Of a stretch of DNA of 64,000 bases, positions 27,030 through 39,705 are shown one piece after another; the stretch's first letter is position 1; the number at the start of each line of letters is the position of its first letter. The notes beneath the pieces are model-generated. The model saw only the letters and a program-made list of their open reading frames with translations, had not been told where the DNA came from and ran no database searches. The position numbers were made by a program, and so were the translations under genes. The DNA comes from Octopus vulgaris (lineage: Eukaryota): positions 52,390,001 through 52,454,000 of the forward strand of contig OX597824.1 in the NCBI GenBank assembly GCA_951406725.2. The letters run 5' to 3'.

Positions 27030-28606
27030 GGGGATTGTGTGGCGAAAAAAATCCCAAATGACCCATGTTTTAAGGAATTATAGGTTTTCTCAAAGGAGTT
27101 GTATTTTCAGAAAAGAAGTGAATTTTCACTTTCGTGTAAATCAAAAGATTGATAAAACACAAATCCTCGTACATGCACCATCATATTCATAGAACAAAAA
27201 TTTCCGCTTGCGAGGGTATGTGGAGTATTTCATGTCTACACAGTCTCTTTGAATACACCAACAGTAGTGTGTGTTCCATCGGCCTTAATATATCCCCTCT
27301 ATAATTTTTATTGTTTGATGAAAATGCTCACCATGTTCATCGCTCACGTCTCCGAGATTAGCAGAAAATTCATTGAGATGGCTATTGGGGAAATGAAGCT
27401 TTATGCTCATGTTGCAGCCTAAAAGATGAAAGCTAGCAAGTAATGTCTCCACCAAATCCCTCTAGTTTGACGCCCTTTCACTCCCCCAAAATCCTTTTAC
27501 AACAGCCCCAAATGAATCCCATACTTTTTTTTTCTATATTAGTCGTCAAGCTTGAGAAATTCTGGCATTTCCTTAACTTTCTGATTTGTGGTTTATCAAA
27601 AATACCAGTCGCTATTTATCATAACTTAGGCCAGGAAATGTTGTACACAGGAATTTGAAACAGTTACCCTCCGCATTAAAAGCTTTGACAAATTATTTCA
27701 TTAGCCGTAGTTTAATATGAAGGGGAGAGGTGATTTTCTCTTGTTCAACAAGTTGTTGGTGTATGATATTCTTCTCTCCAACAGTCAAACTTTTCCTAAT
27801 AGGCCAGAGTTTCTATTCCTAATGTTTGTCTCTCGCTTGGCTATCCCATAAACACAGGAAACACGGGTATTTGGCCAAGTAAAAAGTAGACCATTTTTAG
27901 ATCCACACATATCTCCTCTGAGATTTGAATTTCAAATGTAAAGAAATGTACGTAAAAACTACAAAGCAATCTATCCGTCCCTTTATCGATTTGTCGCTTA
28001 AATAAACTTTCATCAGCAATTGCGAAAACAACATTTTTTCATAAGAGCACAAAACTCTACATATAGAAATGCTATTATTCGCATGTTATTGGCACTATTT
28101 CAGCTTTCGTGTAATCATAATTCTCTTTTAACAATGACCACAATGACCAATAGTAAGTGCACCAAACAAGTTTCCATTATAGAGCAATACACATTTTAGA
28201 CTCTTCTTTGAACTATCTGTAAAGAGTCTCCATTCCACTAGAATCATACTGTTCAACACCCATCACGTTTAACAGTCCCGCCACGTCACAATAGTAAACA
28301 AAATTTTTTCCAATTGTAAAGAATGCCAAGAGATCTTTTTCCTTATTCTGATAAATAGTCAAGTTTGTTTCTTTCTGCAACAAATTCTTCTCTTTAAGCC
28401 TAGAAGCTAACAGTTCTGATAGCTTTTTAGGCAGTCCTATATCTCTAAATAAATCATTAAGTTCTGCCTGGTTGAAGTCTTCACGTTCTTTGGTTGATGT
28501 TTCTCTAAAGTCTACAATGTTCACGATTTACATCTACTTCCCATATATCATCACTTTCATCTTGCAGTGAACGTAGATCCTTGAAAGCGGATACTGGTAT
28601 TCCATC
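27030..28606 (-). pseudogene. DNA-transposon transposase relic (Sola1-like, tentative)
   Basis: FNQAELNDLFRDIGLPKKLSELLASRLKEKNLL, ICVDLK, PCFLCLWDS, PLHIKL and DVSDEHGEHFHQ, with many disruptions. The superfamily is assigned from memory of the motifs. Confidence 0.6.
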
Positions 28607-28651
28607 TTAGGAATAAAGGCGATTAAATACTGGTTAGAAAAACATAGAGAA

Positions 28652-29560
28652 GTGATTCCCAGCAGATTCACAGTGCCATTTATATTAGACACAGTCAAGC
28701 TTATTCTAGAAAACAACACATTCTTCTTCAATGGAAATAATTACATACAAATTAGAGGCACGGCGATGGGAACGAGGTTTGCTCCCGTTTACGCCAACTC
28801 TGTAATGGGATACTTAGAACAACAACTCTACCAAGAGGTGGAGGTAAACTATGGCACTGGATTTAGAAAGTATATTGAAAAGACATGGAAGAGATACCTT
28901 GACGACTGCTTCATAATCTGGACAGAATCTCTAAATACTCTGGAAGAGTTCAATATCCTCCTGAATAACCTACACCCATCTCTCCAATTTACAAAGGAGA
29001 TGAGTAGTACCAAATTACCATTCCTAGATATAATGGTAATTAAAAAAGACACCACCATCACCACAGATATATACTATAAACACACAGACACACATCAATA
29101 CCTAAATTTTAAGTCATGCCATCTACCACATACAAAACGTAACATCCCATACTGCCTAGCCAGAAGAATTTGTACCATTGTAGAAGATGCAAATATCAGG
29201 AACAAACGCCTAATAGAACTAAGAGAATTTTTGCTCAAACAAAAATACCCATCTCTACTTATAGAAAATGGCATACAGCGGGCTATAAAAATACCCATAC
29301 AACAACTTAGGACAACCCAAGGAAGAGGAAAACAAGAACAAGTCATACCATTCATAGTGACACACAACCCATGTCACCAGAATATCTTCAACATTGCCAA
29401 AGCAAACCTACCAATCATTGCCCAAAGTAATGAATTAAAAGACATAATCACGGATCGAGCTATGGTGCTTAGTAAAAGACAGCCTAAAAACTTGAAAAAA
29501 TTACTAACAAAGGCAAAATTTGACCTTAGCAACAAAGACCAAAAACTTCACTGTATCTAA
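28652..29560 (+). pseudogene. PLE reverse transcriptase (partial)
   Basis: GTAMGTRFAPVYAN, WKRYLDDCF, LPFLD and YYKHTDTHQYLNFKSCH. It frameshifts into the endonuclease near 29540. Confidence 0.9.
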
Positions 29561-29942
29561 ATGCAATGATAGCCGATGTGGCACATGCCAATTCATACAT
29601 ACCGGCCAATATATAAACACAAAAACCGGGAAAATATTCGCAAACGCGAATATGAACTGCAAAAGCAGAAATTTAATTTACTGCATCAAATGCCCAAATT
29701 GTGAAGAAATATATGTAGGTCAGACGGGAAACGCACTATCAGAACGCTCACATGTACACCGGCAACAGATTAGAGACCCAGAGCTCCGTCAGATACCTTT
29801 GAGTAACCACCTAGCAACATGTGGCCGGAAAATGTATATAATATTTCCGTTCTACAAATTACACAGCCCAAGTGAAATCGAGAGGAAAATCAGAGAAAAG
29901 AATTTTATTGATAAATTCGAACCCAAGCTAAATAAGCAATAA
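29520..29942 (+). pseudogene. PLE GIY-YIG endonuclease
   Basis: KCNDSRCGTC linker, then NLIYCIKCPNCEEIYVGQT, R..H and E..FI...PKLN. Confidence 0.9.
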
Positions 29943-30439
29943 TAATAATAATACTTAGAGGTACTACTTCTACTGCTACGACCATGACCACTAACAACAA
30001 CAACAATACTGAAGGTGATCAAGACGAAGATAGCAGGAAAATTATCTTATTTAGGGTTAAAAGTTCTATTGCCACCACCATCACCACTAGCAACAATAAT
30101 TAAGGTGCTGACAATGATGATGATCACAATTGAAATATAAAAATATAAAAATCTCTGACAAAGGCTATTTACAACATTTCTAAAAATAACCCAACAATTG
30201 CTGCTTCGGCCGGGGTCAAGATACAGGACTCTTGACATGTCCAACAAAGCGTGACGCCTAAACCAATCAGCTCAACCAACCAATCAGCTTAAGTAATTGA
30301 GTGATACTACACACTGATTGGTCAGAATACAGTTTGCAAAACCTAGCACTCTGGAGCCTACCCAGCTGTATTTATAGCACAGAATCAATCATCTTGCTAC
30401 AGTCAAAAATTGTGAAGCATGACTGTCACCACTACTACA

Positions 30440-30484
30440 TGAACCCGAAGATTGCAGAATTTAATGCATGAAAGTACTAGTTCA
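30440..30484 (+). ncRNA. Minimal type I hammerhead at the PLE 3' end
   Basis: TGAAC-CCGAAGA-T TGCA gaatttaa TGCA T-GAAA-GTAC-TA-GTTCA. The palindromic stem III (AGTACT) is typical of dimeric PLE HHRs. Confidence 0.75.
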
Positions 30485-30650
30485 ATCAGAATGAACATTT
30501 AACATTCTACTATTTTATTTTATTCTATTATAATATATTATCTTATAATATATCATTATAAGATTGTAAATAAAACGTGAAAATCAGACAAGGTTGGAAT
30601 TCCTTTTATTAATATATTCTTCTATACACAATCACACACACCCATATGTA

Positions 30651-30768
<118 letters not shown>

Positions 30769-31044
30769 TGAGTGCCCTGAGTCTGTGTGCTCGTGCGCAT
30801 TTGTGTATGTGTGCGTATATGCATGTGTTTTTTTGTTTGAAACCGTTTGATAACCGGTGTAGGTTTGATAACGGACCTATAAGCATAAGTACCAGTCTTA
30901 AAAAGAAAGAGTTCTGGAGTAGATTTGCGCGAATAAAATCTTCAAGGCAGTGCTCCAGCAAGGCCGCAGTGCAAATATATAAACGCAGATGAATGTGAAT
31001 ATACATATGCTGAAATATGCAAACAAATGAAAGAATTTTTCATC

Positions 31045-31425
31045 TTTTCATTGTTTCAGTCATCAGACTGCGGCCATGCTGGGGCACCACCTTGAAGAAT
31101 TTAGTCGAATCAATCGACCCTAGAACTTAATTTTATTTAAGCCTGGTACTTATTCTATCGGCCTCTTTTTACTGAACCGCTAATATTATGGGGATATAAA
31201 CACCAACACTTGTCAAGCGGTGGGTGGGGACACACACACATACACACATAAATATATATATACACGACGAGCTTCTTTTAGTTTCCGCTTACGAAATTTA
31301 CTCACAAAGTTTTGATCGGCCCGAGGTTATAGCAGAAGACACTTGCCCAAGGTGCTACACAGTTGGACTGAACCCAGAGCCATGTGGTTGGGAAGAAAAC
31401 TTCTCACCACACATCCATGCCTGTG
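31045..31425 (-). mobile_element. tRNA-derived SINE
   Basis: Reverse complement of the 24637 family. Confidence 0.75.
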
Positions 31426-31614
31426 TCTATATGTAATAAGAGTATTTACCATATGGTACTCGAGTTTGTTTATTCACTCGAAACCGGTTATTCACATTGT
31501 TGCCACCCCAAGTTTCTCGCTGTATATTTCTTTCTTTTTTGTTTTTCTACGCACATGAACAATCCCTATAATAATAATAATGATGGTGCTGGCAATAGTC
31601 GTCATACTGGCAGT

Positions 31615-31838
31615 AACATTGGTTTCAAATTTTGACATAAGGCCAGCAATTTCGGGAAAAGGGAGCAAGTCCATTACTTTGACCCTAGTAATCAACTGGT
31701 ACTTATTTTAATCGACCCCAGGGGGATGAATGACAAAGTCGACCTCGGCGGATTTTGAACTCAGAACGTAACGACAGACGAAATAGCGATAAGCATTTCA
31801 CTCAGCGTGCTAATGATTCTGCCAGCTCGCTGCCTTTA
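31615..31838 (-). mobile_element. Meta-like tRNA SINE
   Basis: Same family as 72-268. Confidence 0.75.
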
Positions 31839-32010
31839 TAATGGCAGCAATATTAGTAGTTAACGAGTAATAGCTGTCGATAGGTGTATTAAAGGAGAGG
31901 ATGCACTGTAGTGCTGGTGGTGGTTAAAGGCTAGTATTTATGTTTATGATGCTGAAATTCAAATATAATACATCATTGTCTGCTATTGATATTATTGTCA
32001 CCAATAGCAG

Positions 32011-32046
<36 letters not shown>

Positions 32047-32487
32047 TAGTGAGACTAGCAACTGATGACATTGAAATTTGTGACGTTTGCTGTGACGTCA
32101 ATCCACACGGGAGACAGAGCGATGCGCATGCAGAAACCAAAAGCTATGTTATTTATTGTTGATGCTGCCGGTGGAGGTGTTGGTGATGATGGTACTAGTG
32201 ACGGTAGCAGTGACGGTGGTGCTGATGGTAGTGGTGGTGGAAGTGGTGGAGATAGTGATGTTAGTAGTGGTTGTGGTAGAGGTGATAGTGATGATGTGAT
32301 TGTAGTGTTGGTGGTGGGGATTAATTGTGTTGGAATTAATGGTGCCACTGGGGGAGTTATTTTAGTGTGGGGAAAGCATTGTGGTAGTATTGGTGGTTGA
32401 AGCTAGTGTTAGTTGCTATTGACGTGTTGGCAACTGATAAAAATTTAAATATTGAGAAATGAGATAGAGATAATATATGTTACAAGG

Positions 32488-32560
<73 letters not shown>

Positions 32561-33539
32561 TGCTGTTGTTGTTTATCTCCATGTCAGCCGATTAAAGTTA
32601 CTCCAACTATGACCATTCCGACTTTTATTATATAAAAGAATAAATTATGTAATGGGTCATTCAATTTATAAAATGATAGGATGTTATTTTAAGGAATTTG
32701 CCTGCTATATCTCGCAAGTCGACAGACCGCATAGAAGATCCTTCGCTGGCTTCGGAGTTGTCTGGTCTGATTGTATGGTTGGTACTGTCGGAGCCATGCT
32801 TTTGGTTTCTCTGATGACAACGTATGGGTCAGTGGAGGAGGTTGTTTTTAGTAGTAGTTGTGAAGTTTATAGTAAAAGTTATGGTTGTAGTGATAGTAAT
32901 AGTGATCGCGTTAGAGTTAACAGATGTGGTAGTGTTAACAGTAGTGGTTGGGAAATTTTGTAATGGCTGAAGCAATTGTGGAGGTAGTTTTAGAAGCGGT
33001 AATGGGAGTGATGATAACGGTAGTTAAGCTAAGAGTATTGTTGTTGTGTAGCTTTCGGTCAGTCTGGGTCATCTCAGCGGCTCTATAGTCCCCCGAGCAA
33101 GTCGTTGCACTGGGCTCTATAGTTGTTTTTTAATTTACTGACAACAAATTACATAGATCAGAATTGAGTCCCTAAACCAGTGAGACCCCCGAGTCCTACA
33201 ACATTTAGTTATTGATTAAAATAGGATCCCTAGGCCCGTGAGTACCCCGGGCAATTGCACGGTGTACCCATGCCTTAAAAAACGTCACAGAGGTCAGCCA
33301 TATCCAAATGGGTAGAGTATAATACAACTGCGATAGACAGATCCTTTTCTCAACATACACTTCCACTAGTCGAGCACCATTCTATAAACTCTTATGTGGT
33401 TTATCCTAGAGGGATCATTAACGATCTGAACATGTACTTATCCCATTGTCGACTCTGTTCTTCTATTGACTTACGTACTGAATAGAAAAGACTAGCGAAC
33501 TTTGGATAATAGTTGACAAGACAGACTTTAAAAACTAGC

Positions 33540-33835
33540 GTACCGTCTGTTACGACGACAAGGTTCCAGGTGTTCCGATCAATGGAATAACCTGCTTGTG
33601 CAATTAACGTGCAAGTGGCTGAGTACTCCACAGACACGCATGCAGTTCATGTCGTTCGCATGGAGATTTAATGTGACACAGAATGTGACAAGGCGGCCCT
33701 TTGAATTACAGATACAACTCATTTTGCCGGCTGAGTGAACAAGCGCAACGTGAAATAAAACGTTTTTCTCAAGGACACAAAATGCAACCTTACGATCGTG
33801 ATTTGAATACGCAGACCACTAAGCCACGCGCCTTT
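33540..33835 (-). mobile_element. tRNA-derived SINE (6560 family)
   Basis: The reverse complement has head AAGGCGCGTGGCTTAGTGG and tail GTCGTCGTAACAGACGG. Confidence 0.7.
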
Positions 33836-33839
33836 ACTC

Positions 33840-34400
33840 AAGGCAGACTTACCGCATTGCTAGAAGCAAAGTAGAATTTTGTTACAGGAAAATTAATGAC
33901 ATATTTTGTCGTTTAGAAAGGGAGAACACCGTGTTTATAGATTCAAAGTAGCAGCAAAGTGGTATGAACACAAACCAGAGGCTGTGATAGAGAAAATTTA
34001 TAACAGGAATTTATGAGATTCTCCCATAAAATCTTACCATATTATTGTAGAAGGCTGTTATAATTATAGATGATACAGATAGTGTAAAATCATTTGCTTA
34101 ATTAATAGAGTGAATACCAAAGAAAGTGAGAAAATTGTGGAATATCAGGACCTAGCCAGAGATGAAGAGATTATGATAGATTAATACTACAATTATTCAG
34201 TCGGTAAATTGATGCATCTGACACAACAATCAAACTACCCCAGATGTTGAATGATATTGGAACAGAGATTTGCCAGGCCAGCCTACAGAAAAGTACAGTC
34301 CTGGATTCTATAGAATCCAAATAAAGATTCTTGAGATTTCGAGAGACATGTCATTACTAAACCTTAAAGTAACATTCGTACAAACTATTATAACATGTAA
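33840..34400 (+). mobile_element. Heavily decayed REL non-LTR 3' fragment
   Basis: KWYEHKPEAVIE, KESEKIVEYQDLA and LQKSTVL remnants, followed by (TGA)n. Confidence 0.5.
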
Positions 34401-34955
34401 AAGTTTCAAGTCATGTATAATGATGATGATGATGATGATGATGATGACGACGACGACGACGACGACGATGATGATGATGATGATGATGACGGTGGTGATA
34501 ATGACGGTGATGATGATGACGATGACGATGATGATCATGATCATGATAACGACGACAACGAAGACAATGAACATGATTATGATGAGGACAATAAAAATAA
34601 TCGAAAAAATGATTATGTCGACGACGGTAATGTGGAGGACGATGATGAGGAGGAGGGGAGGGAGAGGTTAACAGAAGCAACAACAACAATAATAACTTCA
34701 CCTGACGAAAGAAAATGACTTGGCATTACCTTATGTATATGGCTGATACTAATCACTCACAAGGAATCATTGCCACATAAGTTTCTCTAATCGTCTGTCT
34801 CCAAATCACTATGTACTGAAAGAGGCAATTGAAACTGCTTCTTTCACTAACGACCAAAATGTATCTACATCCTATAAATATGGATGATATTAAGTGAAAA
34901 TATTTCCCTAATATTAACACACACAACTAACTTTTCTGATTTTCTTTTCTCTCAC

Positions 34956-35049
<94 letters not shown>

Positions 35050-35115
35050 TTGTTTGACCGCGCACATATATGTACTTATGTATGAAAAAAGGCAAATATA
35101 TTTCTGCTGTTGGCT

Positions 35116-35165
<50 letters not shown>

Positions 35166-35230
35166 GGTCCCGGGTTGAGTCGGGGTTAACCACAGTAAAT
35201 AAGGTACTCAATACATAGCAGAGTAAATTA

Positions 35231-35738
35231 ATTTATTTTATAGAAGGAGCTTCTACAGGACTAGAACTGTTTCATTCAAAAGAAATCATCAGGAAGCTAG
35301 TAGACAAGAGTTGTTTTGGCATTTATACATTTAGGCAGGTTTAAATGGGTGGTGGTGGGGGACTTTTTTGGGGGTAGGCATGGCGCAAAACTGTCATTAT
35401 TAGGGGAGTGGTCAAAGGAATCGGTGGTAAAGTAGATAAAAGAATAAATAAAAAAATAAATAAAATAAAAAATAAAAAAAATATATATATATATATTTTT
35501 TTAATTTTATTTATTTTTTTATTTATTCTTTTATCTACTTTACCACCGATTCCTTTGACCACTCCCCTAATAATGACAGTTTTGCGCCATGCCTACCCCC
35601 CAAAAAGTCCCCACCACCACCCATTTAAACCTGCCTAAATGTATAAATGCCAAAACAACTCTTGTCTACTAGCTTCCTGATGATTTCTTTTGAATGAAAC
35701 AGTTCTAGTCCTGTAGAAGCTCCTTCTATAAAATAAAT
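35231..35738. repeat. ~508-bp near-perfect palindrome with an HHR in each arm
   Basis: The arms are reverse complements centred on a (TA)n at ~35485. HHRs lie at 35248-35298 (-) and 35671-35721 (+). Confidence 0.95.
35671..35721 (+). ncRNA. Type I hammerhead ribozyme motif (mirror copy at 35248-35298, minus)
   Basis: AGCTTC-CTGATGA-T TTC tttt GAA T-GAAA-CAG ttctagtc CTG-TA-GAAGCT, with a GUA cleavage triplet. Confidence 0.8.
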
Positions 35739-35754
35739 ATATATATATATACAC

Positions 35755-36568
35755 ATTCATAAATGAGGGTGAAAAATTAGATATTAATTTAATAATACCA
35801 TCAGTTTAACACCAAGTGGCCTAGCACATAAAAAACCAGGGAGACAATACAAATTTATACGTAAATATAAGAGAGTTACCGTTAAGTGGTTAACTCTAGT
35901 GCTAGAAATAGCTCCTTATTCTGGTATAGCCACCGAAGTTGTTTCCACAAAAGAAATAACATTACCTTCAACGTATGGAAAGCGAAATACAACGAAAAGA
36001 TAAATTAATGCTGAACAATTGTTTCTTTATCAACATAATATGCAATTATACTCACATATTTATCTATAAATCATCAGCAGCATTTGTTTTCGATGCAATT
36101 TATTAGACCCACACGGGCGATAAATACCCATGCGGTCCAATCGATTGCATACATATTTGTGATTTAGCTTCCCCGCCAAAATCATGGTAAGACTTAGTGG
36201 AAACGAGTACTGCATATAATATTTAGTGCAGTATATTAAATTTATAAATTCATAAATGAGGGTGAAAAATTAGATATTAATTTAATAATACCATCAGTTT
36301 AACACCAAGTGGGTCTAATAAATTGTATCGAAAACAAATGCTGCTGATGATTTATAGATAAATATGTGAGTATAATTGCATATTATGTTGATAAAGAAAC
36401 AATTGTTCAGTATTAATTTATCTTTTCGTTGTATTTCGCTTTCCATACGTTGAAGGTAATGTTATTTCTTTTGTGGAAACAACTTCGGTGGCTATACCAG
36501 AATAAGGAGCTATTTCTAGCACTAGAGTTAACCACTTAACCACTTAACGGTAACTCTCTTATATTTAC

Positions 36569-36570
<2 letters not shown>
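35755..36570. repeat. Element with 65-bp direct repeats and ~255-bp inverted repeats
   Basis: Direct repeats at 35755-35819 and 36248-36312. Inverted arms at 35859-36112 and 36309-36570. Both ends are flanked by (TA)n. Confidence 0.9.
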
Positions 36571-36616
<46 letters not shown>

Positions 36617-36722
36617 ATATATATGTATGTATATTTGTATATATGTATGTATTTATGTATATTTATATGCATATACATATATATATATATATATATACAT
36701 ATATATATACACACACACACAC

Positions 36723-37433
<711 letters not shown>

Positions 37434-37535
37434 AGACTAATGCCAAATATGCAGGACTGCCACATTGTTTTTGCAAAAAGTCTTTACTTTATATATGTAT
37501 GTGTGTGTGTATGTGTATTTATGTATGTATGTTTT

Positions 37536-37573
<38 letters not shown>

Positions 37574-37610
37574 TTGATAGATAGACAGATAAATAGATAG
37601 ATAGATAGAT

Positions 37611-37684
<74 letters not shown>

Positions 37685-37811
37685 GTCACAAAAGTGACGG
37701 AGGATACTGACTAGCGCTGATTATGCTAAAATAAGAGTTAAATTAACTCCAAATCCACTAAAGCACTATAATTAATGACTGACCAAGGGAAGTAAGTGCC
37801 TAATGTATATT

Positions 37812-37861
37812 GCCGTATCGCGATTTGTAATTTTGGTGTAGACCACATTCTCATCAGCGGC
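37812..37861 (-). ncRNA. Hammerhead motif with G12 lost (probably inactive)
   Basis: GCCG-CTGATGA-gaat...ttac-AAA-TCGCGA-TA-CGGC: perfect 4-bp stem I and palindromic stem III ATCGCGAT. Confidence 0.55.
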
Positions 37862-38076
37862 GCTTAACGCCTAGGGTTAAACTCAACCTCCTGTGTCAAT
37901 CTTATTAGAAAAACCGTTGAAAATATGTGCTGATTTTCAAAGCAGTAAAAGTGTAAACAACAAATTCAAAGTGTGGCTTATTAGCAATTAGAATCTAATG
38001 GCAAAATTAATGGCGGTCGTAAAATAAATTTTGCCTTTAGGCTCTAATTGCTAATAAGCCACCCTTTTATTTTGTT

Positions 38077-38212
<136 letters not shown>

Positions 38213-38446
38213 GTATATATATGTATGGATATACATATATATGCATGTATATATACATATATGTGTATGTGTGTGTGTATATATGAAAAGACTATGGAAT
38301 TTACAATTAACTGCACCAGAGTTCCTCTTCCCCAGGGAACCAGACCTAATGGTATACCTGCGGATGTAGGTCCAGCCCCTGCTTTGCCGGGTCCTGTCTC
38401 TGATCACGTTGCACCTCCAAGGGCATCCATTGACGGTGATGCCCTC

Positions 38447-39608
38447 AATCTTAACAGACGGGTATCACCTGATGGAGAAGAGTCAGCTCCCAACCAAACA
38501 ACACCAAACAAACACCTCATCAGCTGTAAAAATCATACGATACTCAGCACCTTCAATGCCCGCACCCTCGGCTCTCTTGGCCGTATAGAAGAACTTGGTG
38601 CAAATGCAGAATCACATGGCATTGATATAATAGCTGTCCAAGAACACCGATTTTACCACCCTGACAACATCCTCAAATACCATCAAGTCGGTTCTTATCA
38701 ACTTGTAACCTCCTCAGCATAAAAGAATACTGTTAATTCAACAGTTGGAGGTATCGGATTTCTACTTTCATCAAAAGCCAGTGATACTCTCTTGAGTCAA
38801 TCTCACCTAGAATTATGGTGCTTGAGATAGATGGAAACCCGAAAACAACATTGGTATGTGTGTATAGCCCACATAATTCATCTGTGGCAGACGAGATTGA
38901 GAATTTTTATACAACCCTTTGTTCAACCATTGAGCAAGTACCTCTCCATAATTTTCTAGTTATAGCTGGTGACCTGAATGCTAGACTAGGACCCGATGAG
39001 ACCAAGTTTACTTTCAACTCTAAAACTAATCTTAACAGACGGGTATCACCTGATGGAGAAGAGTCAGCTCCCAACCAAACAACACCAAACAAACACCTCA
39101 TCAGCTGTAAAAATCATACGATACTCAGCACCTTCAATGCCCGCACCCTCGGCTCTCTTGGCCGTATAGAAGAACTTGGTGCAAATGCAGAATCACATGG
39201 CATTGATATAATAGCTGTCCAAGAACACCGATTTTACCACCCTGACAACATCCTCAAATACCATCAAGTCGGTTCTTATCAACTTGTAACCTCCTCAGCA
39301 TCAAAGAATACTGTTAATTCAACAGTTGGAGGTATCGGATTTCTACTTTCATCAAAAGCCAGTGATACTCTCTTGAGTCAATCTCACCTAGAATTATGGT
39401 GCTTGAGATAGATGGAAACCCGAAAACAACATTGGTATGTGTGTATAGCTCACATAATTCATCTGTGGCAGACGAGATTGAGAATTTTTATACAACCCTT
39501 TGTTCAACCATTGAGCAAGTACCTCTCCATAATTTTCTAGTTATAGCTGGTGATCTGAAGGCTAGACTAGGACCCGATGAGACCAAGTTTACTTTCAACT
39601 CTAAAACT
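38447..39608 (+). repeat. 581-bp tandem duplication inside the LINE endonuclease region
   Basis: 38447-39027 is repeated at 39028-39608, with AATC microhomology at the junction. Confidence 0.95.
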
Positions 39609-39705
39609 AATCGGAACGGAAAAATGCTTAAAGACTTCTTGGAGGTATTTAATCTCTACACCTCCAACAATTCTTTTATGAAACCAAAAGGTCAACTTTG
39701 GACAT

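Larger units (their letters stand above)
28607..30590 (+). mobile_element. 5'-truncated Penelope-like element (PLE), probably Neptune-type
   Basis: RT followed by a Cys-rich linker and a GIY-YIG endonuclease, then a ~600-bp 3' region carrying a hammerhead motif. Confidence 0.9.

Noticed and set aside
35901-35913. GCTAGAAATAGC identical to part of the Cas9 sgRNA scaffold
   Set aside because: A 12-nt GAAA-tetraloop hairpin match only. There is no CRISPR array or Cas gene in the window.
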